From IMG/VR virus record IMGVR_UViG_3300007169_000056: a DNA stretch of 64,000 nucleotides; one strand, 5' to 3'. Below the pieces are notes generated by a model, which worked only from the letters and a program-made list of their open reading frames with translations, had not been told where the DNA came from and did not search any database. Positions within the stretch are counted from its first letter, which is position 1. Every line of letters starts with the position of its first letter. Below, in pieces: positions 55,466 through 64,000 of the stretch. The position numbers and the translations under genes were made by a program. This DNA comes from a virus (taxonomy: Duplodnaviria; Heunggongvirae; Uroviricota; Caudoviricetes).

Positions 55466-56242
55466 CTACTTCGGCGGATATATATCAGGATGTGTATGTC
55501 CAAATAACACAAACCGATTTATTTGGTTATTTTGTTTTTTAAACATGACCAGATTCGGATCGGGTCTAATACATTGTATTTGGTTTTCTATAAACAGTTT
55601 TTGTAACAAAATATGACTGACTACCGATTGGTATTTGTGTGAAAGTTCTACTGCTCGATCATACACAGAACAGAATAATTCAAATGGTTGTCTCGTAGCG
55701 ATACAGAAATTATCATCGACCCACCCTTCTCGATATCCAACATATTCGTTGTCACGTAGATAAACATGATCTACGTACAACATTATCGATTGATCATTGA
55801 GGGTTTTTATTGTATCAATATCTATTTCAGAATCCAAACACACGTCCGGACGCAATCTAATATAATAATCGTACTTAAAGTTATTTGTCAATTCGTACTG
55901 TTTTATGATTTTGTATCCACGGTTTATCTTATACAAAAAGTAAAGTGTGTTTTGTACAGCGTGTGAATATTCTAAATCATATATTTGTGTACACTGTTTG
56001 AATTCGTTAAAATCTTTTATAAATCCACATGAATATTCTGTAAATGATTCAACATCAACCGTTTTCCAATATTCATTGTATTTTTTTATACATTGTTTTG
56101 CATCATCGGTGTCCCAAAACGAGCCATGTAAATGCACGACGTGACCATCCTGAATCAACGGTTGAATCAGTTTTGTCAAATTGTCATGTACTGCATATTC
56201 AAATAAATCGGTTCTACCAGATAACAATATGGCTATATTCAT
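55466..56242 (-). CDS. glycosyltransferase-like protein
   Basis: IAILLSGR, YDYYIRLRPD, DDNF. Confidence 0.6.
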   Translation of the reverse strand: MNIAILLSGRTDLFEYAVHDNLTKLIQPLIQDGHVVHLHGSFWDTDDAKQCIKKYNEYWKTVDVESFTEYSCGFIKDFNEFKQCTQIYDLEYSHAVQNTLYFLYKINRGYKIIKQYELTNNFKYDYYIRLRPDVCLDSEIDIDTIKTLNDQSIMLYVDHVYLRDNEYVGYREGWVDDNFCIATRQPFELFCSVYDRAVELSHKYQSVVSHILLQKLFIENQIQCIRPDPNLVMFKKQNNQINRFVLFGHTHPDIYPPK

Positions 56243-56640
56243 AATTCAAAAAACGACTGTGCCGTTTCATCTACATAATCGAATGTCTTTATACATTTCT
56301 TGTTGGTATCTGTGTACAGATCATGTGGATCGATATAGAAATATCCGATTTTATAGTCTGCATATGCTACCGTTTTCAATTGATAATAAAGTTTTACGTT
56401 GGATTCATCGTTGCTTCTAAACTCGATGTAGTATATTCGTAAATCCGTTAGTCGATACAATTGATTTTTTGGAATTACAAACGAATTCAATTCAATTTGT
56501 TTATCAGTGAATTCAATGTATGGACCACGACCACCAATAACAACTCGTTCATAACCATTGGATATTAATGTACCAGATGATGTATATAGTTTCAGGTCGC
56601 TGCCTGATTCTGGTATTTGTAATAGACTTTTTCTTTTCAT
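56239..56640 (-). CDS. conserved hypothetical protein
   Basis: YERVVIGGRGPYIEF..YYQLKTVAYADYK. Confidence 0.7.
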   Translation of the reverse strand: MKRKSLLQIPESGSDLKLYTSSGTLISNGYERVVIGGRGPYIEFTDKQIELNSFVIPKNQLYRLTDLRIYYIEFRSNDESNVKLYYQLKTVAYADYKIGYFYIDPHDLYTDTNKKCIKTFDYVDETAQSFFEL

Positions 56641-56643
56641 AAC

Positions 56644-59310
56644 TCAAAAATCAAAAAACTCAGACGCTACCGCACTATTTTCGTTTGGATATTCCCACTT
56701 CAATACGTTATAGAATTCAAGAAGTTTGCTTTTCAATTCTTGTTCATACATAGCGTCTCTATCGATATATTTATCGACAAAATCCAAAATTTGTTTTGGA
56801 TCGGTACCGTCGGCTTTCATAGCAATACAGTCCACACCAAACTCGTTTTGTCTTACATATACCCACTTGATCTTCTGACCGTGGAAAATTGGCGGTACTA
56901 CTTTCGACAGTCCAAACTTATCAAGAAGATCATTATAAACCAACGCAGCTTTTACTTGTGCTGGGGTGCCGCTCAATATCTGAAATGGTTGTCGTTGTTT
57001 TGGATTGTAATCCTTTTTCTTGTCACCACTACGAAACTTAACACTTGTATTTTTTGCAATATCAAATGTTTTTAGACTCTTAATTGACGATTTGAAATCC
57101 AAGATTTTTTGATCAACCACTTCTCTGTCTGTCTTTTTTAAGAAATCCATGAGAATTTCTCCCATGAACTTTCTAAATTGTGGTGGAAATGATGTTCTAA
57201 CAACGTCAATGCCCTTGACTTCTAGTTCATCACATACCAATCCACCTTTATTGATGATCAATTGACAGTACCGTTTTTTTGCAAGCCAAAAACTCGTCTT
57301 AGCAATAACCTCCTGTTTTGCGTCAAACCGATGTCGTTCAACATTGAACAATTTCTTTGCCATTATGCCGAACATTGTATTTACATACTTTTGTGCATCA
57401 GCAGTGACTTTCAAAATAGCATCGGTCATTTGCTTTTCATCGTTGAGATTTACATCAGGCATGGTTTGTTGAATGATAGGTAACGCACTTGCAAAACAAG
57501 AATCGGTGTCTACATAAATAACATGATCTCTGACGGTGTTGTCTTTCAATACACCACGATAATATTGGTTGATTGAACGATTAGCAGTCTTAATAATGTC
57601 CACACCTGTTAGTGTTACAGCCTCAGCATTGTCCTTATCATAAAATCGAAAGACTGGAAGACCAAGACATCCGTAAATAGAGTTGAGCAAAATCTTTTGC
57701 ACCTTCTGACGAAGATCATAAAACTCATATAACTCATGGTTTCCCTCATTATGATACTTGGATGCCAACTTACGCATTTCTTTACGTTCATTGAACCACT
57801 TGATAAGAATGCTTGGAACAGTTCCTTCCTGACCAACTTCTTTTGGAAGTTTATAGATAGCACCATTGCTAGCAATGCTCATATTGGACTGAAACAACAA
57901 ATTCTCCAATTCATCTTGAGTATATACAATATTACCAATGTAATACTTACTCACTTTTCGTTGTGAGAACATACGAGCATTGTACAAATACAATCGTTGA
58001 TTGATGTAGTCTTCTACGGGTGTTTTAGATTTGGTGCTGTCACTTAAATTTTCATAGGACTCTATCAATTCAGCCTTACGTTCATCCAAATAACAATCAT
58101 CATATTCGATACGATTGATTACTCCTACTTTAGTTTCAGGAGATATGTTAAGTGAGATGATGATATTCGGATACATTGATGTAAGATCCAAATCATAAAC
58201 CCATTCGTAACGACCAGGCACAGGACTTTTAACATAAGCTCCCTCAAATCCTTCTTCTCCGTCTTCCAATCTCTGTTCATATTCGTCTCGACCCTCCATT
58301 GGTTTATTAGGTGCAACACGTCCTTTACGACGCAAGTACATCAGAATAGCACCCTCAAGGTATCTTGAAGATGTTCCAAATTGTTCGTATCCAACGTGCC
58401 CAGTATGGCAAATACTACGAGCCAAGTCGATGAATTGTGTCTTTTTGTCGATTGCCACAACGATTTTAACGTCGTTCAAGTTATAATCAATGTACTTTTT
58501 AAGATCTGCTTTATACAAATCATTCAAACTACCATGATACGTAATCTTTTCGATATTAACAACTTTTTTACCAATAGCACCCAATGCATAAGTAGGCTCG
58601 TTCTTACCACTAAACTTCTGATATAGCGTAAGATAGTCAAGACAGGAAATACCAGCTACAACCATTCGTTTAGAAAATGTATTGTAATAACATTCCTGAA
58701 TTGGACTCAATCTTTTAGCAAAAGCTCCACCCATGACTCGTTTGATACGATTATACAAATATGGAACGTCAAATCCATCAATATTCCATCCCGTTACAAT
58801 GGTTGGTTGGATTTCTTCCCACTTATTCATGAAGTAACTGATCAACGACTCTTCATCTGAAAAACTCAATACAGTCGTGTCGTCGGTTTCATAATTTTGG
58901 AGCTTTTGTTCCTTATCCAAAATCATGGCAATATACTTTTTGCTTACGCTTTCATACAAGGCAATAGCGGTGATTTCCTTATCTCCTTCTTCGATATTTG
59001 GAAATCCTCCTTCGCTGTCAACCTCGATATCGAAAAACAAAATACGGTGTCCTTTAGATGGTTCGTCACTATCTTCGTATGCATCAATCAGAACTCTCGT
59101 TTCGGTTGGTACGTCGCCTTCAAAAATACTAGGATCGTTTCTATTAAAAAAGGTAACCTTTTCCAATTCATCACCGTATACAGAACGATATCTTCCGCCA
59201 GCTTTCTTACGATATGCATACTTAGGCATCTTAAATTGAAGATAACCCTTTTGATCGTCCCACAAATGGACGATTTCATTCTTTTTGTCGATATAAATGT
59301 TTTGATACAT
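56644..59310 (-). CDS. polB: family B DNA polymerase (gp43-like)
   Basis: FDIEVD, GWNIDGFD, YNLND exonuclease motifs; DLTSMYP, KILLNSIYG, YVDTDS, KKRY, KGID. Confidence 0.97.
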   Translation of the reverse strand: MYQNIYIDKKNEIVHLWDDQKGYLQFKMPKYAYRKKAGGRYRSVYGDELEKVTFFNRNDPSIFEGDVPTETRVLIDAYEDSDEPSKGHRILFFDIEVDSEGGFPNIEEGDKEITAIALYESVSKKYIAMILDKEQKLQNYETDDTTVLSFSDEESLISYFMNKWEEIQPTIVTGWNIDGFDVPYLYNRIKRVMGGAFAKRLSPIQECYYNTFSKRMVVAGISCLDYLTLYQKFSGKNEPTYALGAIGKKVVNIEKITYHGSLNDLYKADLKKYIDYNLNDVKIVVAIDKKTQFIDLARSICHTGHVGYEQFGTSSRYLEGAILMYLRRKGRVAPNKPMEGRDEYEQRLEDGEEGFEGAYVKSPVPGRYEWVYDLDLTSMYPNIIISLNISPETKVGVINRIEYDDCYLDERKAELIESYENLSDSTKSKTPVEDYINQRLYLYNARMFSQRKVSKYYIGNIVYTQDELENLLFQSNMSIASNGAIYKLPKEVGQEGTVPSILIKWFNERKEMRKLASKYHNEGNHELYEFYDLRQKVQKILLNSIYGCLGLPVFRFYDKDNAEAVTLTGVDIIKTANRSINQYYRGVLKDNTVRDHVIYVDTDSCFASALPIIQQTMPDVNLNDEKQMTDAILKVTADAQKYVNTMFGIMAKKLFNVERHRFDAKQEVIAKTSFWLAKKRYCQLIINKGGLVCDELEVKGIDVVRTSFPPQFRKFMGEILMDFLKKTDREVVDQKILDFKSSIKSLKTFDIAKNTSVKFRSGDKKKDYNPKQRQPFQILSGTPAQVKAALVYNDLLDKFGLSKVVPPIFHGQKIKWVYVRQNEFGVDCIAMKADGTDPKQILDFVDKYIDRDAMYEQELKSKLLEFYNVLKWEYPNENSAVASEFFDF

Positions 59311-59316
59311 AACTTA

Positions 59317-59547
59317 TTAACTAATACCCATCTTGAGTTTCAGACTGTCATAAATAGGCAATGCTGCCTCTGTAACGGATGATTGTGCTTGTACGACTCG
59401 ATCAATCAATGCTCGGTTATCAATAGATGTAAAAAGTGTTGGTTCCAGTTCGATACCTGATATAATTGGTGTTGTCAGTTTATTGACAATATACCAAAGC
59501 ATCGAAATTTCGTCGTCGTTCAATGATTGGAGTTGTTCAAGATTCAT
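59317..59547 (-). CDS. hypothetical protein
   Basis: ORF track; first gene of the polymerase transcript. Confidence 0.6.
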   Translation of the reverse strand: MNLEQLQSLNDDEISMLWYIVNKLTTPIISGIELEPTLFTSIDNRALIDRVVQAQSSVTEAALPIYDSLKLKMGIS

Positions 59548-59553
59548 CCAATC

Positions 59554-59582
59554 ACAGTATCAATCAAGATGTTGCGTGTCAA
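59554..59582 (-). promoter_or_regulatory. sigma70-type promoter, leaderless
   Basis: TTGACA-N17-TACTGT with TGn extension; ATG at 59547, 6 nt after. Confidence 0.75.
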
Positions 59583-60346
59583 TTTATTCTAACACCGCGA
59601 ACTGTCTTATCGATTGTTATAAATCTAAACTGTTTGGCAGATTCTTCAACTGTATTAACGTTCAATAGATATGATTCAGAATCGGTATTCGCTGTTTGTT
59701 TGATCGTAAAAATATTGCCTCGTTTAATAGAAGTCTCTACGCCTCGTCCTTGAAACTTTGGTGCTGGTACAACTACAGCTGTATGATTTGATTTTACAAT
59801 CTCTTTCTTTTTAGAAGAATTGTCTAACAGCGTGGCGGATCCTTCAAGTACAACAACAATTGTTGTGCGATCATCTGCACTTATAACATATTTTCCTTTA
59901 GACAACACGATAGAAGCCAATGATGTAGCAACGATTGCAATGTTTTCGTCGCCAGATTTTTGATCAGAAACCACTTCAAGTTCTCCTTCTATCAAAGACA
60001 AAGAACTGTTAAATGTTGTGTAACTTGTCTTAGATGGCAATCCATCGATGTTTGAAAATGATTGATCAAAATTATCAAGTGTCAAGTGAGTAGATTCTTT
60101 GGATCTGATATAGACGTCATTAGACAAAAATAAGGTTACGTCCGAATTTGTTCCTGTTTTGATTGCATAATTTTGGTTGTTGATAGTGTATGTCTGACCG
60201 GATAATGGAGAATTAGTTGAGAGAGTATTATTCACTACATTTTCTAAAGATACAGTACCGGTTTGTTTATCTACAAAAAATACTCCTTGAGAATATAAAT
60301 TAAAAGCAGTTAAAATGGATAAAAGTGAAATGACGAAAGTTTTCAT
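59579..60346 (-). CDS. secreted FecR-like domain protein
   Basis: Signal peptide; IKTG.NS..L, LIEGEL, VVVLEGSA pattern. Confidence 0.55.
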   Translation of the reverse strand: MKTFVISLLSILTAFNLYSQGVFFVDKQTGTVSLENVVNNTLSTNSPLSGQTYTINNQNYAIKTGTNSDVTLFLSNDVYIRSKESTHLTLDNFDQSFSNIDGLPSKTSYTTFNSSLSLIEGELEVVSDQKSGDENIAIVATSLASIVLSKGKYVISADDRTTIVVVLEGSATLLDNSSKKKEIVKSNHTAVVVPAPKFQGRGVETSIKRGNIFTIKQTANTDSESYLLNVNTVEESAKQFRFITIDKTVRGVRIN

Positions 60347-60360
60347 ACGTGAATATATAA

Positions 60361-60389
60361 TGGACTTTTGGTTTTGGTTATGATATCAT
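60361..60389 (+). promoter_or_regulatory. sigma70-type promoter, leaderless
   Basis: TGGACT-N17-TATCAT with TGn extension; ATG at 60396, 6 nt after. Confidence 0.65.
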
Positions 60390-60395
60390 ATAACT

Positions 60396-61301
60396 ATGTC
60401 TGAAAATATAGAAGAAAAAAAGAAAAAATCGGTAAGCTTTTCCCAGTATGCTGGATGGTTCAAATGTGCACATAGTTGGTATTTGAATTATCTGAAAGGT
60501 TTAAGAGTGTATGAAGCTAGTCTAAACACCTGTTTCGGAACTGCAATTCACAATACTATTCAGAATTACATCAAAACTCTGTATACGGAAGGTCATGAAA
60601 AAGCAGATGAAATTAGTTTGGTTACCGAATTCCGTAAGGAATTTCGTAATGAGTTAGACGAAAATAAAGATAAACTAAAATATACTGAGGAAGAATATCA
60701 AGAATTTCTCACCGATGGTGAAAACATTCTCAATACATTCATTAGTTCTACAAATCGTATGAAGCATTTTCCGAGTAGGAAATATGAGTTCATTGGCGTT
60801 GAACTTCCCCTTGAAGTTCCTATCAAAAATAACGTGAATTTTATTGCGTATGTAGACTTGATCCTGAAAGATAAAACCACCGGTAAATATAAAATTTGGG
60901 ATTTCAAAACCAGTTCGCTTGGTTGGAACAAGTATCAGCTTGCAGATGAAAGCAAGTTTTCACAGTTACTCTTGTACAAGGCGTTTTATTCAAAGAAATT
61001 CGACGTTCCATTGAACATGATTGATATTGAATTTTACATTTTGAAGAGAAAACTGCTTGAAAATGTAGATTTCCCACAGAATCGTATTCAGATTTTTGAA
61101 CCGTCTCATGGAAAACAACACATTTCTAGTGCATTGACGACGTTTACTCAGTTTGTAGACGAATGTTTTACACCGGATGGACAATACAACGAAAACGGAC
61201 GTTATCCAAAAAATCCCGGAAAAAACAAGAAGAATTGCAAATATTGTCCTCATTACAAAACAAATTGTGATGCCAAAGAAGATAAATCAGAAAAAGAGTA
61301 A
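60396..61301 (+). CDS. PD-(D/E)XK nuclease (RecB/Cas4-like exonuclease)
   Basis: SFSQ..C, FGTAIH, VEL, YVDL, IWDFKT, QLLLY, CKYC..C. Confidence 0.85.
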   Translation: MSENIEEKKKKSVSFSQYAGWFKCAHSWYLNYLKGLRVYEASLNTCFGTAIHNTIQNYIKTLYTEGHEKADEISLVTEFRKEFRNELDENKDKLKYTEEEYQEFLTDGENILNTFISSTNRMKHFPSRKYEFIGVELPLEVPIKNNVNFIAYVDLILKDKTTGKYKIWDFKTSSLGWNKYQLADESKFSQLLLYKAFYSKKFDVPLNMIDIEFYILKRKLLENVDFPQNRIQIFEPSHGKQHISSALTTFTQFVDECFTPDGQYNENGRYPKNPGKNKKNCKYCPHYKTNCDAKEDKSEKE

Positions 61302-61349
61302 ATAAAAATATATACACTGTTAACGAATATATATGTATTGTTCAAAGTT

Positions 61350-61574
61350 ATGTCAAAATCGTTAACAAGCGTAAAAGTAGATAAAGAAATCTACGAACAA
61401 TTCAAACAACTATCGTCTTCAAAGAAGTTTTATTTACAAGATTTAGTGAACAAATCGCTACATCTGTTTGTAAATGATACCAACTTTAGAGATCAAATTT
61501 ATAACCACCAGATATCACAATTGTCTCCAGAGAGTCAATCTGTGATTACTTCTGTTGCATCTGAACAAACATAA
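61350..61574 (+). CDS. ribbon-helix-helix-like small DNA-binding protein
   Basis: LTSVKVDKEIYEQFK..LQDLVNKSL. Confidence 0.55.
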   Translation: MSKSLTSVKVDKEIYEQFKQLSSSKKFYLQDLVNKSLHLFVNDTNFRDQIYNHQISQLSPESQSVITSVASEQT

Positions 61575-61575
61575 T

Positions 61576-62118
61576 ATGGACAAGAAAAAAATTCTATTAC
61601 TTAGTGATGATCTTAGAATGAATAGCGGTGTTGCTACGATGTCTAAAGAATTAGTACGTGGCACCATTCATCATTACGATTGGGTCCAAATAGCAGGTGC
61701 TCGGGATCATCCAGAAGCCGGAAAAGTTATTGACGTTCGTGATCTAATGAAAAAAGAAACAAATGTTTCTGACCCATATTTAATGATCTATCCGGTAAAC
61801 GGATATGGAAACGAAGACATATTATACTCAGTTATGGCAAAAGAAAACCCAGATGCAATCATGCATTTCACAGATCCAAGATATTGGGATTGGTTGTATG
61901 CTATTGAAAAAGAAATTAGAAAGAAAATACCCATCACATATCTTAACATTTGGGACGATTTGCCCTATCCGATGTGGAACAAACCTTTTTATCAAAGTTG
62001 TGATGCTTTGTTTAGCATAAGCAAACAAACATATAACATCAATAAATGGGTATTGGGGCCTGAAAACTGTACAACTATCAATGGAGATCTAGATAAAGAA
62101 GGAAAGCTATGCCAGTAA
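61576..62118 (+). CDS. GT4 glycosyltransferase, N-terminal half
   Basis: KILLLSDD..SGVA, FTDPRYW, YLNIWD, SISKQT. Confidence 0.75.
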   Translation: MDKKKILLLSDDLRMNSGVATMSKELVRGTIHHYDWVQIAGARDHPEAGKVIDVRDLMKKETNVSDPYLMIYPVNGYGNEDILYSVMAKENPDAIMHFTDPRYWDWLYAIEKEIRKKIPITYLNIWDDLPYPMWNKPFYQSCDALFSISKQTYNINKWVLGPENCTTINGDLDKEGKLCQ

Positions 62119-63089
62119 AAGGTAAAACACTATTGCATTATGTTCCACACGGAATAAATGATGAAACATTTAAGCCTCTGCCTTCCAATGACAAAGAATT
62201 GTTGGAAGGAAAAAAGAGATTTTACAATGGTAAGTCATATGATTATGCTGTATTTTTCAACAGTCGAAATACAAAACGAAAACAAGTATCTAATTTGTTG
62301 TTAGCATTTCGATTGTTTTGTGATTCTTTAACAAAAGAACAATCAGAAAAATGTTGTCTTATTTTACATACCGAACTAATAGGACAACACGGACATGGTA
62401 CTGATCTTTTGGCAGTTAAAGAATCATTGTGCAAGGACTATCCCGTGTATTTTTCACAACAAAAGATTTCAGCAAAAGATATGAACTTGATGTACAATCT
62501 AGCTGATGTCACTGTTGGTATCGCAAGTAACGAAGGATTTGGATTAAGCGTAGCAGAATCCATCATGGCCGGAACACCCGTTATTGTGAATGTGACCGGC
62601 GGTCTTCAGGATCAAATTGGACAAGTTGACGAAAACGGCAACCCAGTAGAATTCACAAAAGAATTTTCTACAAACAACATCGGTCGTTACAAAAAACATG
62701 GATCATGGGCCAAGCCTATTTGGCCAGTTCATCACGATATGCATGGTAGTAACCAAACTCCATATATTTTTGATGACATGGCATCGATTCCAGATATCGT
62801 TGAAGCTTTAATGTACTGGTACTTGGCGGGACCAGAACTCAGAGAAAAGTGTGGAAGAGAAGGAAGACGGTGGGCCCTAAATGAAGGTGGGTTAAATGCA
62901 AAAAACATGTGCAATCAATTGATTGCTGCTATGGACTATACTATTGCAAATTTTGAACCAGAACCGTCGTTTTCGATTCACACCACTGATGATTATATCA
63001 ACAACATTCAACCGGATAACCACATCGGTATGACATTTCCATCACCAGATGTAAATAAAATCAAAGAACAACTTAAAAACTTAACATGA
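62109..63089 (+). CDS. GT4 glycosyltransferase, C-terminal half
   Basis: YVPHGI, SRNTKRK, NEGFGL..ESIMAGTPV..TGGLQDQ. Confidence 0.8.
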   Translation: MPVKGKTLLHYVPHGINDETFKPLPSNDKELLEGKKRFYNGKSYDYAVFFNSRNTKRKQVSNLLLAFRLFCDSLTKEQSEKCCLILHTELIGQHGHGTDLLAVKESLCKDYPVYFSQQKISAKDMNLMYNLADVTVGIASNEGFGLSVAESIMAGTPVIVNVTGGLQDQIGQVDENGNPVEFTKEFSTNNIGRYKKHGSWAKPIWPVHHDMHGSNQTPYIFDDMASIPDIVEALMYWYLAGPELREKCGREGRRWALNEGGLNAKNMCNQLIAAMDYTIANFEPEPSFSIHTTDDYINNIQPDNHIGMTFPSPDVNKIKEQLKNLT

Positions 63090-63646
63090 ACGTAAAAAAA
63101 GTATCAGAACACGCTAAAATTCCATCCAAAGCATCGTCACTGGCTGCTGGCTACGATCTATACGCCATCGAAAGTCATGTTTTGAAGCCAGGCGAAAGAA
63201 AAATTTTCAAAACAGGTATAGCATTAGCAATTCCAGAAGGAACATATGGACGTATTGCACCACGAAGTGGTTTAGCCGTAAAACACGGAATTGATGTACT
63301 CGCAGGAGTCATTGACGCAGATTACCGAGGTGAACTTCTCGTTGCATTAGTGAACCATGGAGATAAAAATGTTACACTACCGATTATCAAAGATGGAAAA
63401 GAAACAGCCATAGCTCAAATCATCTTTGAAAAGTATTCGGACTACACGTTCACAGAGACCGATAATCTAGATGAAACAGATCGTGGAACAGGTGGATTTG
63501 GAAGTACCGATGCACAAAAAAATCCAGTCAAGTCGTCGCCAAGAACATTGGAAGACTTGTTAAAGATCAAAGAAGCACAAATTAGCGTAGGTCAGAAATA
63601 TTCAGAAGCTATCAGAGAACGAGACAATAAAATTTTCAACAAATAA
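63086..63646 (+). CDS. dut: trimeric dUTPase
   Basis: AGYDL, RIAPRSG, GVIDADYRG, IAQ, RGTGGFGST. Confidence 0.95.
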   Translation: MNVKKVSEHAKIPSKASSLAAGYDLYAIESHVLKPGERKIFKTGIALAIPEGTYGRIAPRSGLAVKHGIDVLAGVIDADYRGELLVALVNHGDKNVTLPIIKDGKETAIAQIIFEKYSDYTFTETDNLDETDRGTGGFGSTDAQKNPVKSSPRTLEDLLKIKEAQISVGQKYSEAIRERDNKIFNK

Positions 63647-63648
63647 CT

Positions 63649-64000
63649 ATGAGTAAACCATTATGTGTTATACAAGCCCCAGTATTTAGCCGTAGCGGAT
63701 ATGGCGATTGGGCAAAAGAAGTCGCAAAAAGCATCATTAGATACGATAAATTCGATGTAAAAATCGCAGCTACAAAATGGGGCGCAAATGTACTCAAACG
63801 CAATGTAGAGGATTTGGACATGTCGGATCCAATGAACAAACTGTTGTTTGAAAAAACTATTCGTGAACCATTGAATAGACAACCAGACTTGTTTATTCAA
63901 ATTTCTATCCCAAATGAATTCAATCCTATTGGAAAATACAACATTGGAATGACGGCTGGTATCGAAACCACAGCAGCACCCGGTGAATGGATCGATGGAC
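63649..64000 (+). CDS. GT4-like glycosyltransferase, 3'-truncated
   Basis: Read manually: MSKPLCVIQAPVFSRSGYG..PNEF..NIGMTAGIET. Confidence 0.75.
   Translation, partial: MSKPLCVIQAPVFSRSGYGDWAKEVAKSIIRYDKFDVKIAATKWGANVLKRNVEDLDMSDPMNKLLFEKTIREPLNRQPDLFIQISIPNEFNPIGKYNIGMTAGIETTAAPGEWIDG

Noticed and set aside
56644-59310. Intein or intron in polB (insertion after SPETK)
   Set aside because: The insertion is short, with no C/S..HN splice motifs or LAGLIDADG blocks, and the frame is continuous.
1-64000. Genome-wide TAG-to-Gln recoding (code 15)
   Set aside because: Long genes (polB, rIIA, helicase, the 1045-aa GT) are intact with no internal TAG, and thyA ends at its normal C-terminus on TAG. 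Only local amber effects are proposed.
1-64000. Giant eukaryotic virus origin (RFC-like loader, PolB, many GTs)
   Set aside because: rIIA/rIIB, sigma70 promoters, intrinsic terminators, overlapping operons and a lipobox protein all indicate a bacteriophage.

Overview
This window is a 64-kb piece of a large, AT-rich, gene-dense T4-like/jumbo tailed phage genome (Caudoviricetes) using the standard genetic code. The host is probably a diderm with sigma70-type promoters; that is inferred, not shown. 1-26 kb (+ strand): early and accessory genes, including two RNA ligases, a polynucleotide kinase, a nucleotidyltransferase, macrodomain and NADAR-like proteins, rIIA/rIIB, DHFR, thymidylate synthase, ClpP, HNH/GIY-YIG nucleases and many small ORFs, several behind TTGACN-N16/17-TANNNT promoters that place the start of transcription at the ATG. 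A two-gene minus-strand island (Pth2 plus a basic helical protein) sits at 10.4-11.2 kb. 26-39.5 kb (- strand): vWA, IscU, Gmd, an SF2 helicase, a spanin-like lipoprotein and a block of probable capsid-internal proteins including a modular lysozyme and a second nucleotidyltransferase. 39.5-64 kb: a large glycosyltransferase/methyltransferase island interleaved with the clamp loader, sliding clamp, family B DNA polymerase, a PD-(D/E)XK nuclease and dUTPase. I found no tRNA, rRNA, CRISPR array or transposase. The best leads are: (1) a pth2 gene whose leaderless ATG is separated from the coding domain by two in-frame amber codons and a hairpin; (2) a ~280-nt structured non-coding region at 7.85-8.13 kb; (3) a probable virion-packaged nucleotidyltransferase and protein set; (4) sharply bimodal AAG/AAA lysine codon use. 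All family assignments come from motif recognition, not database searches.
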